A stretch of DNA of 64,000 nucleotides from Eledone cirrhosa (GCA_964016885.1 OZ024763.1:13888001-13952000); one strand, 5' to 3'; positions 34,901 to 50,976 are shown, counted from the first letter of the stretch. The notes: generated by a model from the sequence alone, not told the origin. Translations and numbers: made by a program.

Positions 34901-35377
34901 ATTATAAATACTTATATACACACAAGCTTAAACAGGTATACATACGTACGCTTATCTAGACTCGTACGTACATAAACGTTTATAAATAAAAGCCGAAGCT
35001 GATAAAAAGAACATAGCTTACCATATCGAATTTGGAAGGATGCACATAACGTTGCTTCAACATGGTCCCATCATCATTTGCTGATACGATTATTGCATAC
35101 GCAACACAAGTTTAAAGGGCTATCTGTTTAGAAACCATCAAGCCAGGCCACCATCTAGACACTGAGGTATGACAGTTGAAGGACATCAGGTGGTTATAGC
35201 TTCAAATCAAACCTAAAGAGATAAAAATAAAATCATGATATATTTTCTGAAAACTACAGAATAGTAAAAGACATGTCGACACCTTTGCGGTATTAATAAG
35301 ACTGAGAAAGGTATGAACGCCACCACGTCAATTAAGCTTCGAAAATAGAAAGTAGGTTTATATATCTATTAATTTTC

Positions 35378-36290
35378 ATTTTCTTCCCCAATTCTGTATT
35401 TTGAAGTGCTTTCATTATTTTAAATATTTCTATCATGTCACTCGTTTGATTAATCTCCTCCAAAGTTGTAATTCTATGTGTTTGTCCTTGGTATAGTGAA
35501 CTAATGTTGATATTTTCAAGTCTTGACATTTATATGGAATAGTGTCCTAATATTTAAATAGTCTTTATATTTTTATCCTGCTCCCCTAAGATTTATCTCC
35601 TCTAAATTTACAAAAGCTTCACATTTCTTTCACAAGATAGATCCTTAAATAATTATAGTGTTTTCTGTTTTCTTCTTCTCTTGGTTGCTTCATGAGCCTC
35701 ACCGTTTTTGCGGATGTCGGTTGACAATTTTCTCAGTGGTATCATACATATTCATCTAGAGTTTTAAATTTTTCAGCAATTAGCTAGGGAACAGAATGTT
35801 TTATTATTTCTATTATCCGTCTCCCTCTTTTGCTTCAACATCGTTAACCATATTTCAATTCATATTCATACATATTCACAATTCTTCTGTGAGGGGTATA
35901 AGAAGCTCGTTTTTTGCTCCACATTCGATACCAAATCATGCTTCCTTTTTATAACTTCGTTGTACAAATATAATAATTAAAGTATATATAAGCAATGTAT
36001 ATATATATAGATAGCTTCTTATTAACTCTTTCCCGAAACATTTATTTCTTCAAAATAAGGTAGGACATATCCCGAATAATATTGTAAGGTGTCTCAATAA
36101 TTATTTCATTTCAATCAATTTTTCATTTCAGTTTTCTTTAGAAATATCTTGGCGTTGAAGATTTGTCCTTCTCATAGTAATTAGCTTGTCTCAAAATTGT
36201 TCGCAGTGTTTCCATGTTTAGTGTCACAAACTATCGTTAATTCTAATGTAATAAATGTTACTTTTAAAAGAGTGAAGCTCTCAATTTTTT
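35378..36290 (-). mobile_element. Decayed CR1-type LINE fragment
   Basis: ORF 35,332-35,529: RITTLEEINQTSDMIEIFKIMKAL. Confidence 0.7.
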
Positions 36291-36842
36291 CTTTCTTTTG
36301 TATATTGATATCTAATGAATGACAAATGTATGTTATGTGATAGGAGAAAACACACACAGCCTTCTTCCCTCGCTATAGAAGGCTAACTGACAATGTCGTT
36401 CGTAGGAGTAACAAGTCACCTCTTACTGCCTTTTATATACCATGTGAAGTGGAAAGATTTGCCAAGTATGGATACACTCTCTCCTTATCAATATTGTCCG
36501 AGTCCGAGGACATTTTCTCTCTGGTTAAGGAGTGAGAAGAAATATTAGGGATCAATCTCTAGCAATAATTTAATTAAATTATATTTAACCAAAGCTGTTA
36601 TGTCGTGGTTGTTGTTATATTTTATAGTCGTGGTTTCAATGTTTATCAGGGGTTGTAGAATTAGTTTTATCAAATTATTATCAAACAAAAATGATGTATA
36701 TATTGTCGTTGTACGTTGAAATCACATATATAGATTTATATACACACCAAGGATGGAGGGAAGACGGAATTGAAAACCATTATTGCTGAGCACAACATTG
36801 CAGGATCAAATATAACACACACACACACATATATATATATAT

Positions 36843-37630
36843 AATCAGGTATGACCATTGATGAATGTCCCTGCAGATCATCAGGTTGTAGGATGAAATC
36901 AACCCTAGAGAAATGATAAGGTATATTTTACGGAAGCTCGCGAAGAATAAAAATGAAAATGAACCATTTTGAATTAATATCATTGGGAAAGCCATGAAGG
37001 CCACTACATCAATTTTTCTTTTAAATAGAAAGTAGGTTTATAAATTTTAATTTTGATAGTAATTTTGTAGTTGTCTCGGTAGCCTAGTGGTAGGTGTTGG
37101 GACAGTGGTGATGCTGGTCTGGGGTTCAATCTCAGTCAGGAATCTCTCGAGAAATTTAATTTTTTTTAATTTTTCATAAAATGAACGAAAAATAGAGGTT
37201 GCAGGAATCTGACTGAGGTCGAACCCCAGACCAGCACCTCCATCACCTCTAATACTTACCACTAGTCTACGGAGGCGGTTATAAAAACTAACTGAAAATT
37301 AATATTTATAAACCTACTTTTTCAATTTTTTATAAAAACAAAATTTCTGTACAAGGTTTTCATGTACACCTGACAGAGATCGAACCCCTAATCAATATCA
37401 CCACTGTCTCTAATGTCTACCACCAGACCACTGAGACGGTTATGAAATCGCAGTGAAAATTAATATTTATAAAACTACATTTTGTTCGGTTGAAAACTCG
37501 ATGTAGTGGCGTTCGTGGCTTTTTCGGGACGTCCTTGAATTCATAAAGTAAATCTAGACTTTATTTCTCATTGCTCTAGGCTTGATTTGAACCTACAACA
37601 ACTCCGTCTGCAATAATGTCATACCTCATT
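36843..37630. mobile_element. Fold-back element P1 (copy 2)
   Basis: Duplicate of 111-898. Confidence 0.8.
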
Positions 37631-38826
37631 CTGGCTTAGTTCGTCGTACCCGTAAATTGTTAAATGTGGTTCCTATATATACATGCAAGTAAGATTTGAA
37701 CCTACAATGCTGTGCTTAATTTCTATTAATAAGTGTGTTTTATAAAAGAAAGTAAAGAAACAATTAAATGAAAGTAAAACATTTATTTTATTCAGTCATG
37801 GTTTTATTTTTATTTTATGTATTCACTTCATTAACTGCTGAATAGTTCTCTTGTTTTTGTTTGTTCTTACCATTGTTTACTGTAAATGGTGACTTGACGA
37901 GACTGGATTATTACCAAGTTTTACTGGATGATGACATTTCCTTATTGTATTATTTTGTTGTCAGTGGACATCTCTCTAAATACCTGGAATAAACATATGG
38001 TGTGTCTTTTACGTAACATTTCATTTAATATCTGATGTTCCAATGGATTACTTTTAAAATAAAACCAATAAACAGCACAGGTAGACTCCATCAAAAGAGA
38101 CCACAGAGATGAGGTACGAATAATCTAAAATTAATTTTTAAAAAAAGACAATGTTTAAAGAAAGACAAACATTAAAAAAATATTTCCAACAAACACGTAA
38201 AGACAAAGACAATCACATCCACAATTTAATATCTGAAGATCAACATTTTTCACGATATAAATAAAACTAAATATGTAAAGTTAAGTGACCTCTCATTTAT
38301 TTGCTCTAACTTTATTTTACTAATCTGTATTCTGTAGACATATATTTTCCTTGGTGTACATTACGATTTCGTTGATGAAAGTTTTCACTCGTCTTTAGAT
38401 CTTTATTTCTTATAAAAGTTATAATACTCACCTCCTCTCATTAGATCTCTATTTTACTTCTGGAATACTGTATTAACATTTATATTTTCATCTCGATATT
38501 ATTAAGTATTAAGGTTGCCATGTATTACAATACAGTATATAAACAAGGGAATATGAGGAGGGGTAATCATTTAAAAACAGCTAACCGCACACTCTGTGTA
38601 TTTAGATTACACCAGGGTGTCCCATGGGCGATTTCATATATACATACACACATATATATACAAGTTATTGATTACAGAGTCGGGCTAGATCGATACAAAA
38701 CGAACCTTAAGTTGATGAATAGCGAAACGCGCGCCACGAATCAATAAACGTAATGAATGTGTACCCATTCGTCCTTATTTTATTATATATATATATTTTA
38801 ATATATATATATATATATATATCTTA

Positions 38827-38861
<35 letters not shown>

Positions 38862-39757
38862 AATATTAATTTATTTATTTCCACCTGGAGTTTCGACCGA
38901 TAGATAGTATTAGCAATTGGAAAGACCAGTGGAAACATTGTTTCGTCGGTCCGATCTGACGAAGGTCGATCGACTGTCTATATATGTATATACATACACA
39001 TACATTAATATTTACTCACTTCTATGTAAATATATATACATATTAAAAACACATACCATATACCAGCTTAAAAACGACTGACTAACCATCAGGACACATG
39101 CTTGCTCTTGTTAAAATTTCACAGAGATACTTATGAAAACCGAACTTGCAACGCCACGTACACTTACATACACACACCTGTACATATACAGACGTATAGA
39201 AAAGGTATGACTTATATAGGTACATCAAAGTTAATGTTCCACTATAGCACCATTCGAGGTAGATAAAACGAAGTACCAGTGTAGTACTGGAGTCGATTCT
39301 TCTTCTATATCTCTTTCTTACTTCCTTTCTCCTACTTTCTCTCCTTCTCTGGTAAATATCTCCTGTGATCAGATCTAGGGTAGAGATGGGATCAGTCAGC
39401 TTTTAAAGAATACCCAAGACACCCCGAATATCAACGTGGGATCACCAAGACTCCCACGCAAGCTATACATCCCTACATACATAGCAACATCAGACAGATC
39501 CTTTATGTAGATCACTTTTACTCGATGATGGAAGACAAGTTTTCAGTGAGTCAGAAAGGAATATTTGCGATATGAAGGGAGAACCTCTCTGAATAAATAT
39601 TAGATAGTTAAGATGCTACGTAAAGCAGGCGGCGACAACATCGAGGACCAGAGATGCCATGTGGAAATAGACATCCACATATAAATATACAAAGATGGGG
39701 GACCTTATCATCATAGACACTTGGGCTTATGAATACACAAATATATATTTATATACA

Positions 39758-39793
<36 letters not shown>

Positions 39794-40513
39794 CATGTGT
39801 GTATGTGTGGGGGGGGGCTCCTGCAGGACTAGAACGGTTTCATTCGGAAGAAATCAAGGGCTTTCCTGATGATTTTTTCCGAATGAAACAGTTCTAGTCC
39901 TGTAGAAGCCATTTCTATATTAAATATTATTTATTAAGTATTTATAATCTGCTATGTAATGAGTACCTTACTTACTGTGGTTACCGCCGATTGAACCCGG
40001 GATAAACATATATATATATACGGGTGCACAGGTGTACGGTGTCCTCAAGTTAACACCAAGGATTACGCTCGATGTCCCGTCACACATCACTACATCTTCG
40101 AGTAAATGTTGATTAGTAAATAAACCGTGTATCTCACATGTAAGAGGAAAACTATAGCAAGTGTTGAGGATAAGAGACGTGTGAAAATAATAATAATAAT
40201 AGTGTTACAATTATTAATAGTAGTAGTTGTAATAATAAAGTGAGGGGGGACAACATTATTATAAATAGTTATGTACACACAAGCTTACACAGGTACACAT
40301 TCGTACACGTATTTACACAAACGTTTATAAATAAAAGACGAAGCTGATAAAAAGAACATATATTACCGTATCGCGTTTGGAACGATACACTTGACGTTGA
40401 GTTCTTGAATCTGATCCCATCACCGGTTGCTGATACCATTATTGCACACACAACACAAGTTTAAAGAGCTGCCTGTTTAGAAACAATATTTCCAGGCCAC
40501 CATCTACTCACTA

Positions 40514-41291
40514 AGGTATGACAGCTGAAGGACATCACTGGATATCAGCTGGTCGTTGGATGAAATAAACCTAGTGATAAGAATAAAAGTCATGATATAT
40601 TTTCTGAAAACTCGAGAAAAGTAAAAACCATGGCGACTTGTTTGTGGTATTAAAAAGACTGAGAAAGCCATGAACTCCACCACGTCAATTAAGCTTCGAA
40701 AATAGAAAGTAGGTTTATATATATTAATTTTCAGTATATTTTTATATCCGTCTCGTTGGCCTATTGGTAGGTGTTAGAGACGGTGAAGATCGAGGTTTGG
40801 GGTTCAACCTTAGCCAGGATCTATATAAAATAAGGGGGTTTTACTAATTTTTTTCAGCTTTTTAAAAATGTAAAAAAGTAGATAAAAATTTTTTTTCATT
40901 TTACCATAGATTTTTTTACGTTTGCATTGAAAAAAGCTGAAAAAAATTAGTAAAACCCCCTTATTTTATATAGATCGTGGCCAAGATCGAAACCCAGACC
41001 AGGATCTCCACCGTCTCTCATACCTCCCACTAGGCTACAAAGACAGCTTCAGAATAATATTAAAAATTAATATTTATAAACATACTTTTGATTTTGGAAG
41101 ATTAATTGAAGTGGTGGCGTTCATGCCTTTCTTAGTGTTGCTGTGATTAGAAAGGGTCGACTTTGTCTTTCATAATTCAGGCTCTTTCATGAAGTAAATA
41201 TTCATTTTATTTCTTAACGCCCTAGTATTGATTTGAACCTACAATTACTTCGTCTGCAATAATGTTCACTAATTTCAAATCTGCCATACCT
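40514..41291. mobile_element. Fold-back element P2 (copy 2)
   Basis: Duplicate of 3787-4564. Confidence 0.85.
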
Positions 41292-41801
41292 AAATCCTGT
41301 TGCGACTTACAAATAAATTGTTAAATGTCACTTTTATATATTTACCAATGTGAGATTGGAACCTACAGTTATGTGCTTTGCAGTAATGTCCCGTAACTCA
41401 AACTAGATTGCGCTAAGCTTATATATTTCTTTCGTCCGAACAACATAATGGTTTCGATCCCAGTTCGCTACTGGTACAAGAAATAATTTAAAGAAATTCT
41501 ATATCCCCAGCTAAATATTGAACTCCTAACGACATTTTATGTTACTTAATACCAATAACCCTGTTACACACTGAACATCTAAGCCCTGAACACACATTTA
41601 TATTTATGACTCAATTTCCAATTTTTTAAATGATATTACACCACCTTTGTGTTCTAGGTGAAAATCCTGTCGATATTAATTTACAATTTTATAACTTTAG
41701 AGAAGAAAAATAGAGTACCAGTCATTTTATGGGTTCAATTTAATCGATCGGCTTCACCCCGTCAATCACTTGACATTTGCCAAACAAAAACACACAAACA
41801 G

Positions 41802-41832
<31 letters not shown>

Positions 41833-44335
41833 CGACAAATTAAAATAAATTACGTGTTTAATAAAGAAAAAAATTATTGAAAGTAAGAAATTATAATTAT
41901 TTAGTAATAATATTTTTATTCTTTGTTTCCACTGCATTAACTGCTGAGTGTGACTTAATTTTCTTACTATTTTCTACTGTAAATGGCGGCTGAGTCGTTA
42001 TTGGAGTATTACTAAGGTTTACTGGATGATGTTTCCTTATTGCTTTATTTTACAAAAAGTACCAGTAATGCACTGGGTAATTGCTGGACTTGTGCCTAAA
42101 GTAGAAACAATTATTTTACAAACAGTGGACATCGGAATATCCCTCTATATACCTGGGATAAATGTAAGGAGCATTGTTATGTTATACATAGTACAATGGT
42201 CATCTCTTCTTATATTTACATTTTCTTCCCCAATTCTGTATTTTGAAGTACTTTCATTATTTTAAATATTTCTATCATGTCACTCGTTTGATTAATCTCC
42301 TCCAAAGTTGTAATTCTATGTTTTTGTCCTTGGTATAGTGAACTAATGTTGATATTTTCAAGTCTTGGTATTTATATGGAATAGTGTACTAATATTTAAA
42401 TAGTCTTTATATTTTTGTCTTGTCTCCCCTAAGATTTATCTCCTCTAAATTTACAAAAGTTTCTCATCTTCCTTCACAAGACAGATCCCTAAATAATTCT
42501 AGTGTCTTCTGTTTTCTCCTCTCTGGGTTGCTTCAAGAGCCTCACCGTTTCTTCGGAGGTCAGTTGACCATGGCCCAAAACAATATTCTCAGTGGTATCA
42601 CACATATTCATCTAGAGTTTTAGATATTTCAGCATTTAACTAGGAAAAAGAATGTTTTATTATTTCTATTATCCGTCTCCCTGTTTTGCTTCAACATGGT
42701 TAGTCATCTTTCAATTCATATTCATACATATTCACAATTCTTCTGTGAGGGGTATAAGAAGCTCGTTTGATGATCGAACCTGACTGAAAATCGTAAGGTC
42801 CTCAGATACGTCTTGATTCTACGAAGCAGATTTTCCTATTTCCATACATTTATATACACACCAAGGATGGAAGACAGATCTCTGTATATTTTCATGAAAT
42901 TAGATTCACCGTTAACATGGAGTGACGACTAAACTGTAGTTATGTCCAAGCCAGTTGATACAATTCTAAGTTAGTTGATATATTTTGAAGTATTGCGAGA
43001 TTTACTGAGTTCTTTTCTTATTGCCATAGCATGATCAAATTCACTACAATGCTTTCTGCTCACTTTTACTCAGCATCACAAATATTTCGTTCTTCATCTG
43101 TCATATCTTTTTATCATCATTTACTGTTGTGTCGTCTACTCCATCATTTAAACTATTCAATTCACTAATATCTCTTTGAGAAATATATATTTTCTGATGT
43201 CTTTAGAGCATTGTATCTTATAAACAGTATAATAGTGTCCTCTTCTTACATTTTCTTCTGTAATTTCAAGTGCTTTCATTATCTTAAATATTTCTGTCGT
43301 GTCTCCCCTTAGCTTTATCTCCTCCAAAGTCGTAATTCCTGGCTTTTTACATCTTTCTTCTCAAGAATTCTGGTATTTCATGCTTTTTTCTTCTCTGGAT
43401 TCCTTCAATAGCTTCTCTCTCCTTTCGGAAGTCGGGTGACCAGACCTGCAAATAATATTCTAAGTAGTATCACACATATCATTTATCTAGAATTTTAATA
43501 TATCTGTATTTAGGTAGGTAAAGTAATATTTCATCATTCCTATAATCCGACTTGGTGTTGTGGTCTTTTCCTGTGAGATAGTTAGCTACCTTTAAATTCA
43601 AATTGATACATATTCCACATTTGTTGGGGGTGGGTGAAACAAAAAAACACAATTTTACATCAGTATTCGATGTTAAAACTTGCTGGCGTCTTATACGTTC
43701 AAGATACAAATATGATAATTAAAGTATATACTATCCATGTATCTCCCTATTTTTAACTCTTCTTCAAAATGTATTCCGAAAAATCCTGTATGAGGTCTCT
43801 GTAAGTGTTCGATTTTCAATAGATTGTATTGCCGTTGAAGATGCAATCATTTCTCCTTCTTATCAATAAACAATTTGTCATACAATTGTTGCTTCGTTCA
43901 TTTTAAGTTTAGTTTCACAAACTATCGTTAATTCAAGATTTTGCTCTAATATAATAAATTATACTTTTAAAAGACTGACATTCTCACGTTCATTCTTTAT
44001 CTTCTATATTATCTCATGAATAAAACAATGTATGTGAGCTGTAGAAATAACACGACCTTCTTTCACCGCTGCAGATAGCAAACTGGCAGTGTGTTTAGCT
44101 GACAACGGTGAACGTCACGTGTTTAGTGTTAAATCCCAACAAAGTACCATTTATATACCGTGTTAACTGGAAAGACGGACCAAATAAGGATACAATCTGC
44201 TCTCCTTATCAATATTCTCTGAGATTGAGGACCTTGGTCCCTGAATAAGCAGTGAGATAAAGTGATAGGGTTGAATCTCTAGCAAGAATTACAGTAGGTT
44301 ATTTTTAACGAAGGACATCAATAAATTTAATAGTG

Positions 44336-45143
44336 AGGTATGACAGTTGAAGAAGGCCACTGCAGATTATCGGGTTGTAGGATGAAATGAACCTTAGAGA
44401 AAGTAAGTGAACATATATTTTCTCAAATTGCCAGAAGAATAAAAATCCAATGTCGACCCTCTCGAAGTATTGATAATGCTGAGAAGGGCATGAATGCCAC
44501 AACATCTATTATGCTTGGAAATACAAGGTAGGTTTCTGAAAGCTCCAGATTAATAAAATACAAGGTCGGTCGTTGGTAGTGCGAATAACATGGAGAAAGA
44601 CATGAAGGCCACCACATCAAGTTTGCTTGGATATAGAAAAGTAGCTTTATAAATATAAATGTTCATAGTACTTTCGTGGCAGTCTCTGTGGGCTAATGGT
44701 ATGTGATAGAGACGGTGAAGATCCTAGTCACTGGTTCAATCTCGGCCAGGAACTACACTAACGTTTTTCATTTTACTAGAGATAAAATGAAAAATTTTTG
44801 AATCTTTTCATTAAGACACCTCTGGTCTTGGCCAAGATTGAACCCGACACCAGTATCTTCACCGTCTCTCATACCTTCCACAAGGCCACCGAAACTTGCT
44901 ACAAAAAGTTATGGAAAATTAATATTTATAAATCTACTTTACTATTTTCAAGCAAAATTGATGTGGTGGCGTTCATGCCTTACTCAATGTTATAAATACT
45001 AAAAAGGGTCGACTTTGTCTTTCATCCTCCTGGATCTTTGATAAATTAAATCTTCACTTTGTTTCTTATCGCTCTACGGTTGATTTGAACCTACAATGTC
45101 CCCGTCTACAATAATATTTACTAACTTTAAATCTATCATACCT
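44336..45143. mobile_element. Fold-back element P3 (copy 2)
   Basis: Duplicate of 7609-8416. Confidence 0.85.
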
Positions 45144-47791
45144 GGTTTGTGTGTGTGTCTGTGTGTGTGTGAAATATTCCCACCTCGTACAATACGCCCG
45201 TAAATTGTTAAACCTGATTTCTATATAGATAATATATGTAGCAGTGTAAGATCTGAACCTACAATGATATGTTTTGCAGTAATTTTACACAATTTCAACT
45301 AAATAGCGATATGTATATGTTTTTCGTTTCTTAAAAATAAAAGAAATTCTATATCCGCAGCTAAATATTGAACTCCTGACAGCACCACAAACTACATTAA
45401 ATATTTAACTACAAAGTCTCACACGACTTTGTAACTAAATGATAAAATAATAACCTTAATCTTTAATTGATATTACTTCACCTTTTTGTGTTCTCATCTC
45501 GGTGAAAATCTGGCCCTGATTAATTTAACATTTTTATTTTTGGAGAGATAAAATATAGTACCAGTCACATACTGGAACCAATTTAAATGATCGAATTCTC
45601 CCCGTAAATTTCTGCCTCAGTTACAAACAAAGAGGGTGTATCTGTATGTGTAAATATATATATATACATATATATTAAAGTATGTGTTAGCAATAAATAA
45701 ATGAAACAAATTAAATAATAAAAGTAAGACATTTTTATTCAGTAGTTTTATTTTTATTATGATTTTCAATACATTAACTGCCCAGTGTGCCTTTTGTTTT
45801 TGTTTCTTCTTATTTTCTATTGCAAATGGCGGCTACGGCGAAACTGGATTATTACCAAGGTTTACTGGATGTTGTCTTTTGCTTCTTGGATTACTTTACA
45901 AACTTGAGACATCAGGATATTTACCGCAATACCCGAGATAAACATAAGGTCCGTCTTTTACGCAATATTTCGCTTTAAAGACTTGTGTTGACTTGATCAA
46001 ATTTGACCTGTCTACGAGACAGAGATGCTATTTCAAAACAAACCACACAGACCAACCATGAATAATCTAAAATTAGTTTTACAAAAGATAATCCATCTTT
46101 AAAGAGACAAATATTTAAAAACTGACGTTCAAAGGAACACTCGATGGCAGAAAGAATCTCAGCCACAATTTAATGTCTGAAGTTAGACATTTTTCACGAC
46201 ATAAATATAGTTTAATGCTCCTCCTCTCATATCCGATTCCTTTCCTCAAATCCTCCAATAATACATATTTTATAGAGATATAATGTTGTGTTTTGTTTAT
46301 ATTTTCACCTTTTCTAGTAATTCGTAGTTTTAGAATTGTCATTCCGATCATGTAGAAAATCTATGACATTATCCTGATTGATATTATACGTTTTCAATAT
46401 GAGATTGGAAGGCATAGCAAGTTCAAATTCACGACAATGCTTTCCGCTCACTTTTACTCAGCATCACAAATATTTCAATCTATTCATTCGTTCTTCATCT
46501 GTCATATCTTTTTATAATCATTTACTGTTGTGTCGTCTACTCCATCATTTAAACTATTCAATTCACTAATATCTCTTTGAGAAATATATATTTTCTGATG
46601 TCTTTAGAGCATTGTATCTTATAAACAGTATAATGGTGTCCTCTTCTTACATTTTCTTCTGATTTTCAAGTCCTTTCATTATCATAAATATTTCTGTCGT
46701 GTCTCCCCTTAGTTTTATCTCCTCCAAAGTTGTAATTCCTAGATTTTTACACCTTTCTTGTCAAGACAGATTTGTTAATAATTCTGGTATTTCATGCTTC
46801 TTTCTTCTCTGGATTCCTTCAATAGCTTCTCTCTCCTTTCGGAAGTCGGGTGACCATACCTGCAAATAATATTCTAAGTAGTATCACACATATCATTTAT
46901 CTAGAGTTTCAATATTTCTGTATGTTGGTAGGTATAGTAATATTTTATCATTCCTATAATCCGACTTGGTGTTGTGGTTTTTTTTATGTGAGATGGTTAG
47001 TTAACCTTAAATTCAAATTGTTACATATTCCGATTTTGTTGGGGTGGGTGAAACAAGAGACACATTTTTACATACAAATTCGATGTTAAAACCTGCTGGC
47101 GTCTTATAGATCCAAGATACGAATATGATAATTATATATGTTTGTACTAGCCATGTATAAGTATATCCCTATTTATAACTCTTCCTCAAAACAATATATT
47201 CCGAAAAATGCCGTATGATGTCTCCGTGAGTGTTCCATTTCAATCAATATCTCATTTCGATTTTCAATAGATTGTGTGGCCCTTGAAGATGCAATCATTT
47301 CTCCTTCTTATAATAATTAATTTGTTTTACAATGTTCGTATTGTTGCTTCGTCCATTTTACGTTTAGTGTCACAAACTATCGTTAATTCAAGATTTTGCT
47401 CTAATATAATAAACTATACTTTTAAAAGACTGACATTCTCATATTCATTCTATCTCTTCTATATAGTTATCTAACCGATAAAAGAATGTATGTGGTATGT
47501 GAGAGGTAGAAATAACACGACCTTCTTTCACCGCTGCAGATAGCAAACTGGCAGTGTGTTTAGCTGACAACGGTGAACATCACGTGTTTAGCGTTAAGTC
47601 CCAACATAGTGCCATTTTTATACCGGGTTAACTGGAAAGTCGGACCAAATAAGGATACAATCTTCTGCCCTTATCAACATTCTCCGATCTTGGTCCCTGA
47701 ATAAATAGTGAGATAAAGTGATAGGGTTGAATCTCTATCAAGAATTACAGTAGGTTATTTTTAACGAAGGACATCAATAAATTTAATAGTG

Positions 47792-48599
47792 AGGTATGAC
47801 AGTTGAAGAAGGCCACTGCAGATTATCGGGTTGTAGGATGAAATGAACCTTAGAGAAAGTAAGTGAAGATATATTTTCTGAAATTGCCAGAAGAATAAAA
47901 ATCCCATGTCGACCCTTTTGAAGTATTGATAATGCTGAGAAAGGCATGAATGCCACAACATCTATTATGCTTGGAAATACAAGGTGGGTTTCTGAAAGCT
48001 CCAGAGGAATAAAATACAAGGTCGGTCGTTGGTAGTGCGAATAACATAGAAAAAGACATGAAGGCCACCACATCAAGTTTGCTTGGATATAGAAAAGTAG
48101 CTTTATAAATATAAATGTTCATAGTACTTTTGTGGCAGTCTCTGTGGGCTAATGGTATGTGATAGAGACGGTGAAGATCCTGGTCTCTGGTTCAATCTCG
48201 ACCAGGAACTACACTAACGTTTTTCATTTTACTAGAGATAAAATAAAAAAACTTTTAATTTTTTCACTAAGACCCCTCTAGTCCTGGCCAAGATTGAACC
48301 CGACACCAGGATCTTCACCGTCTCCCATACCTTCCACAAGGCCACCGAAACTTGCTACAAAAAGTGATTGAAAATTAATATTTATAAACCTACTTTACTA
48401 TTTTCAAGCAAAATTGATGTGGTGGCGTTCATGCCTTACTCAATGTTATAAATACTAAAAGGGGTCGACTCTGTCTTTCATCCTCCTGGGTCTTTGATAA
48501 ATTAAATCTTCACTTTGTTTCTTATCGCTCTACGGTTGATTTGAACCTACAATGTCCCCGTCTACAATAATATTTACTAACTTTAAATCTATCATACCT
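47792..48599. mobile_element. Fold-back element P4 (copy 2)
   Basis: Duplicate of 11,065-11,872. Confidence 0.85.
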
Positions 48600-49109
48600 G
48601 GTTGGTGTGTGTGTGTGTGTGTGTGTGTGAAATATTCCCACCTCGTACAATACGCCCGTAAATTGTTAAACCTGATTTCTATATAGATAATATATGTAGC
48701 AGTGTAAGATCTGAACCTACAATGATATGTTTTGCAGTAATTTTACACAATTTCAACTAAATAGCGATATGTATATGTTTTTCGTTTCTTAAAAATAAAA
48801 GAAATTCTATATCCGCAGCTAAATATTGAACTCCTGACAGCACCACAAACTACATTAAATATTTAACTACCAAGTCTCACACGACTTTGTAACTAAATGA
48901 TAAAATAATAACACCTAAATTTTTAATTGATATTACTTCACCTTTTTGTGTTCTCATCTCGGTGAAAATCTGGCCCTGATTAATTTAACATTTTTATTTT
49001 TGGAGAGATAAAATATAGTACCAGTCACATAGTGGGATCAATTTAACCGATCGAATTCTCACCGCAAATGTCTGACTTCTGCCTCAGTTACAAACAAAGA
49101 GAGTTTATC

Positions 49110-49142
<33 letters not shown>

Positions 49143-50936
49143 TAGTTAAAGTATGTGTTAGCAATAAATAAATGAAAAAAATTAAATAATGACAGTAAGA
49201 CATTTTTATTCAGTAGTTTTATTTTTATTGTGATTTTCAATACATTAACTGTCCAGTGTTTTTGTTTCTGCTTATATTCTATTGCAAATGGCGGCTACGG
49301 CGAAACTGGATTACCAAGGTTTACTGGATGTTGTCTTTTGCTTTGTGGATTACTTTACAAACTGGAGACATCAGGATATCTACCGCAATACCCGAGATAA
49401 ACATAAGGTGTGTCTTTTACGCAATATTTCGTTTTACAGACATGTTCGACTTGATCAAATTTGACCTGTCTATGAGACAGAGATTCTATTTCAAAACAAA
49501 CCACACAGACCAACCACGAATAATCTAACATTAGTTTTTCAAAAGATAATCCATCTTTAAAGAGAGACAAATATTTAAAAATTGACGTTCAAAGGAACAC
49601 TCGATAGCAGAAAGAATCTCAGCCGCAATTTAATGTCTGAAGTGAGACATTTTTCACGACATAAATATAGTTTAATGCCCCTCCTCTCACATCTGACTCG
49701 TTTTCTTAAAACTTACTTCTAATAATACATATTTTATAGACATATACTTTCGAAGGTAAACATTATGTTTTTGTGTTGTGGTTTGTAATTTTTCAAGTAA
49801 TTCGTAGTTTTAGAAATGACATTCCGATTATGTAGAAAATCTATGACATTATTCTGATTGATATTATACTTTATCAACATGAGATTGGAAGACAGGCATA
49901 ATTAACGAATTTTCAAGTTTATATTTAGCCGACTACAAACACAGTACGTAAGTTTTTAGTACACGAAATCTTTAACGAACATAACTACATACAATAATGA
50001 AAGTATTTGAAGTAAATTAATGAGTTTCACCGACATTATCGTAATCTACATCATGGAAGACGGATCTCTGTATATTTTCATGTAAAATATATTCACCGTG
50101 AACAAATTCATGGAGTGACGACTAAACTGTAGTTATGTCCAAGCCAATTGATACCATTCTAAGTTAGTTGATATATTTTGAAGTATTGCGAGATTTACTG
50201 AGTTCTTTTCTTATTGCCATAGCATGATCAAATTCACTACAATGCTTTCTGCTCACTTTTACTCAGCATCACAAATATTATTTAATCTATTCATTCGTTC
50301 TTCATCTGTCATATATTTTTATCATCATTTACTGTTGTGTCGTCTACTCCATCATTTAAACTATTCCATTCACTAATATCTCTTTGAGAAATATATATTT
50401 TCTGATGTCTTTAGAGCATTGTATCTTATAAACAGTATAATGGTATCCTCTTCTTAGATTTACATTTTCTTCCGTAATTTCAAGTCCTTCCATCATCTTA
50501 AATATTTCTATGTCTCCCCTTTGTTTTATCTCCTCCCAAGTTGTAATTCCTAAGTTTTTACATCTTTATTCTCAAGACAGATTTCTTAATTCTTTTGTTT
50601 TATTTTTTGTTCTTCTCTGGATTCTTTCAATATTTTCTGTCGTGCGTCCATGTCCCTACGGAATACTCTACGTGGTGTCGCTCATATCATTCATCGATAA
50701 TTTAAAATTTGTTTGCATTTAGCTAGGTAAATTATTATTCCTATCGTCTCACTTGCTACTTTTTGCCTTTAACATGGTTAGCCACCTTTCAATTACAATA
50801 TACATATTCGAAATATATTTTTTTGTGGGGTGGGGGAATAAGGGGTACTTTTCTACCCGAAAAAAAAAAAAACCGATGTAAAAAAAACAACAACAAAACC
50901 GTCTGCCCTTTCCTTAAAGGTACGAATATAATAAAC

Positions 50937-50976
<40 letters not shown>

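Larger units (their letters stand above)
33235..36732 (+). repeat. Third diverged paralogue of block ~1690-6040, followed by CR1 and block G
   Basis: 33,240 aligns to ~1695, 34,355 to ~3290, 35,165 to 3787; deletion junction at ~35,378. Confidence 0.85.
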
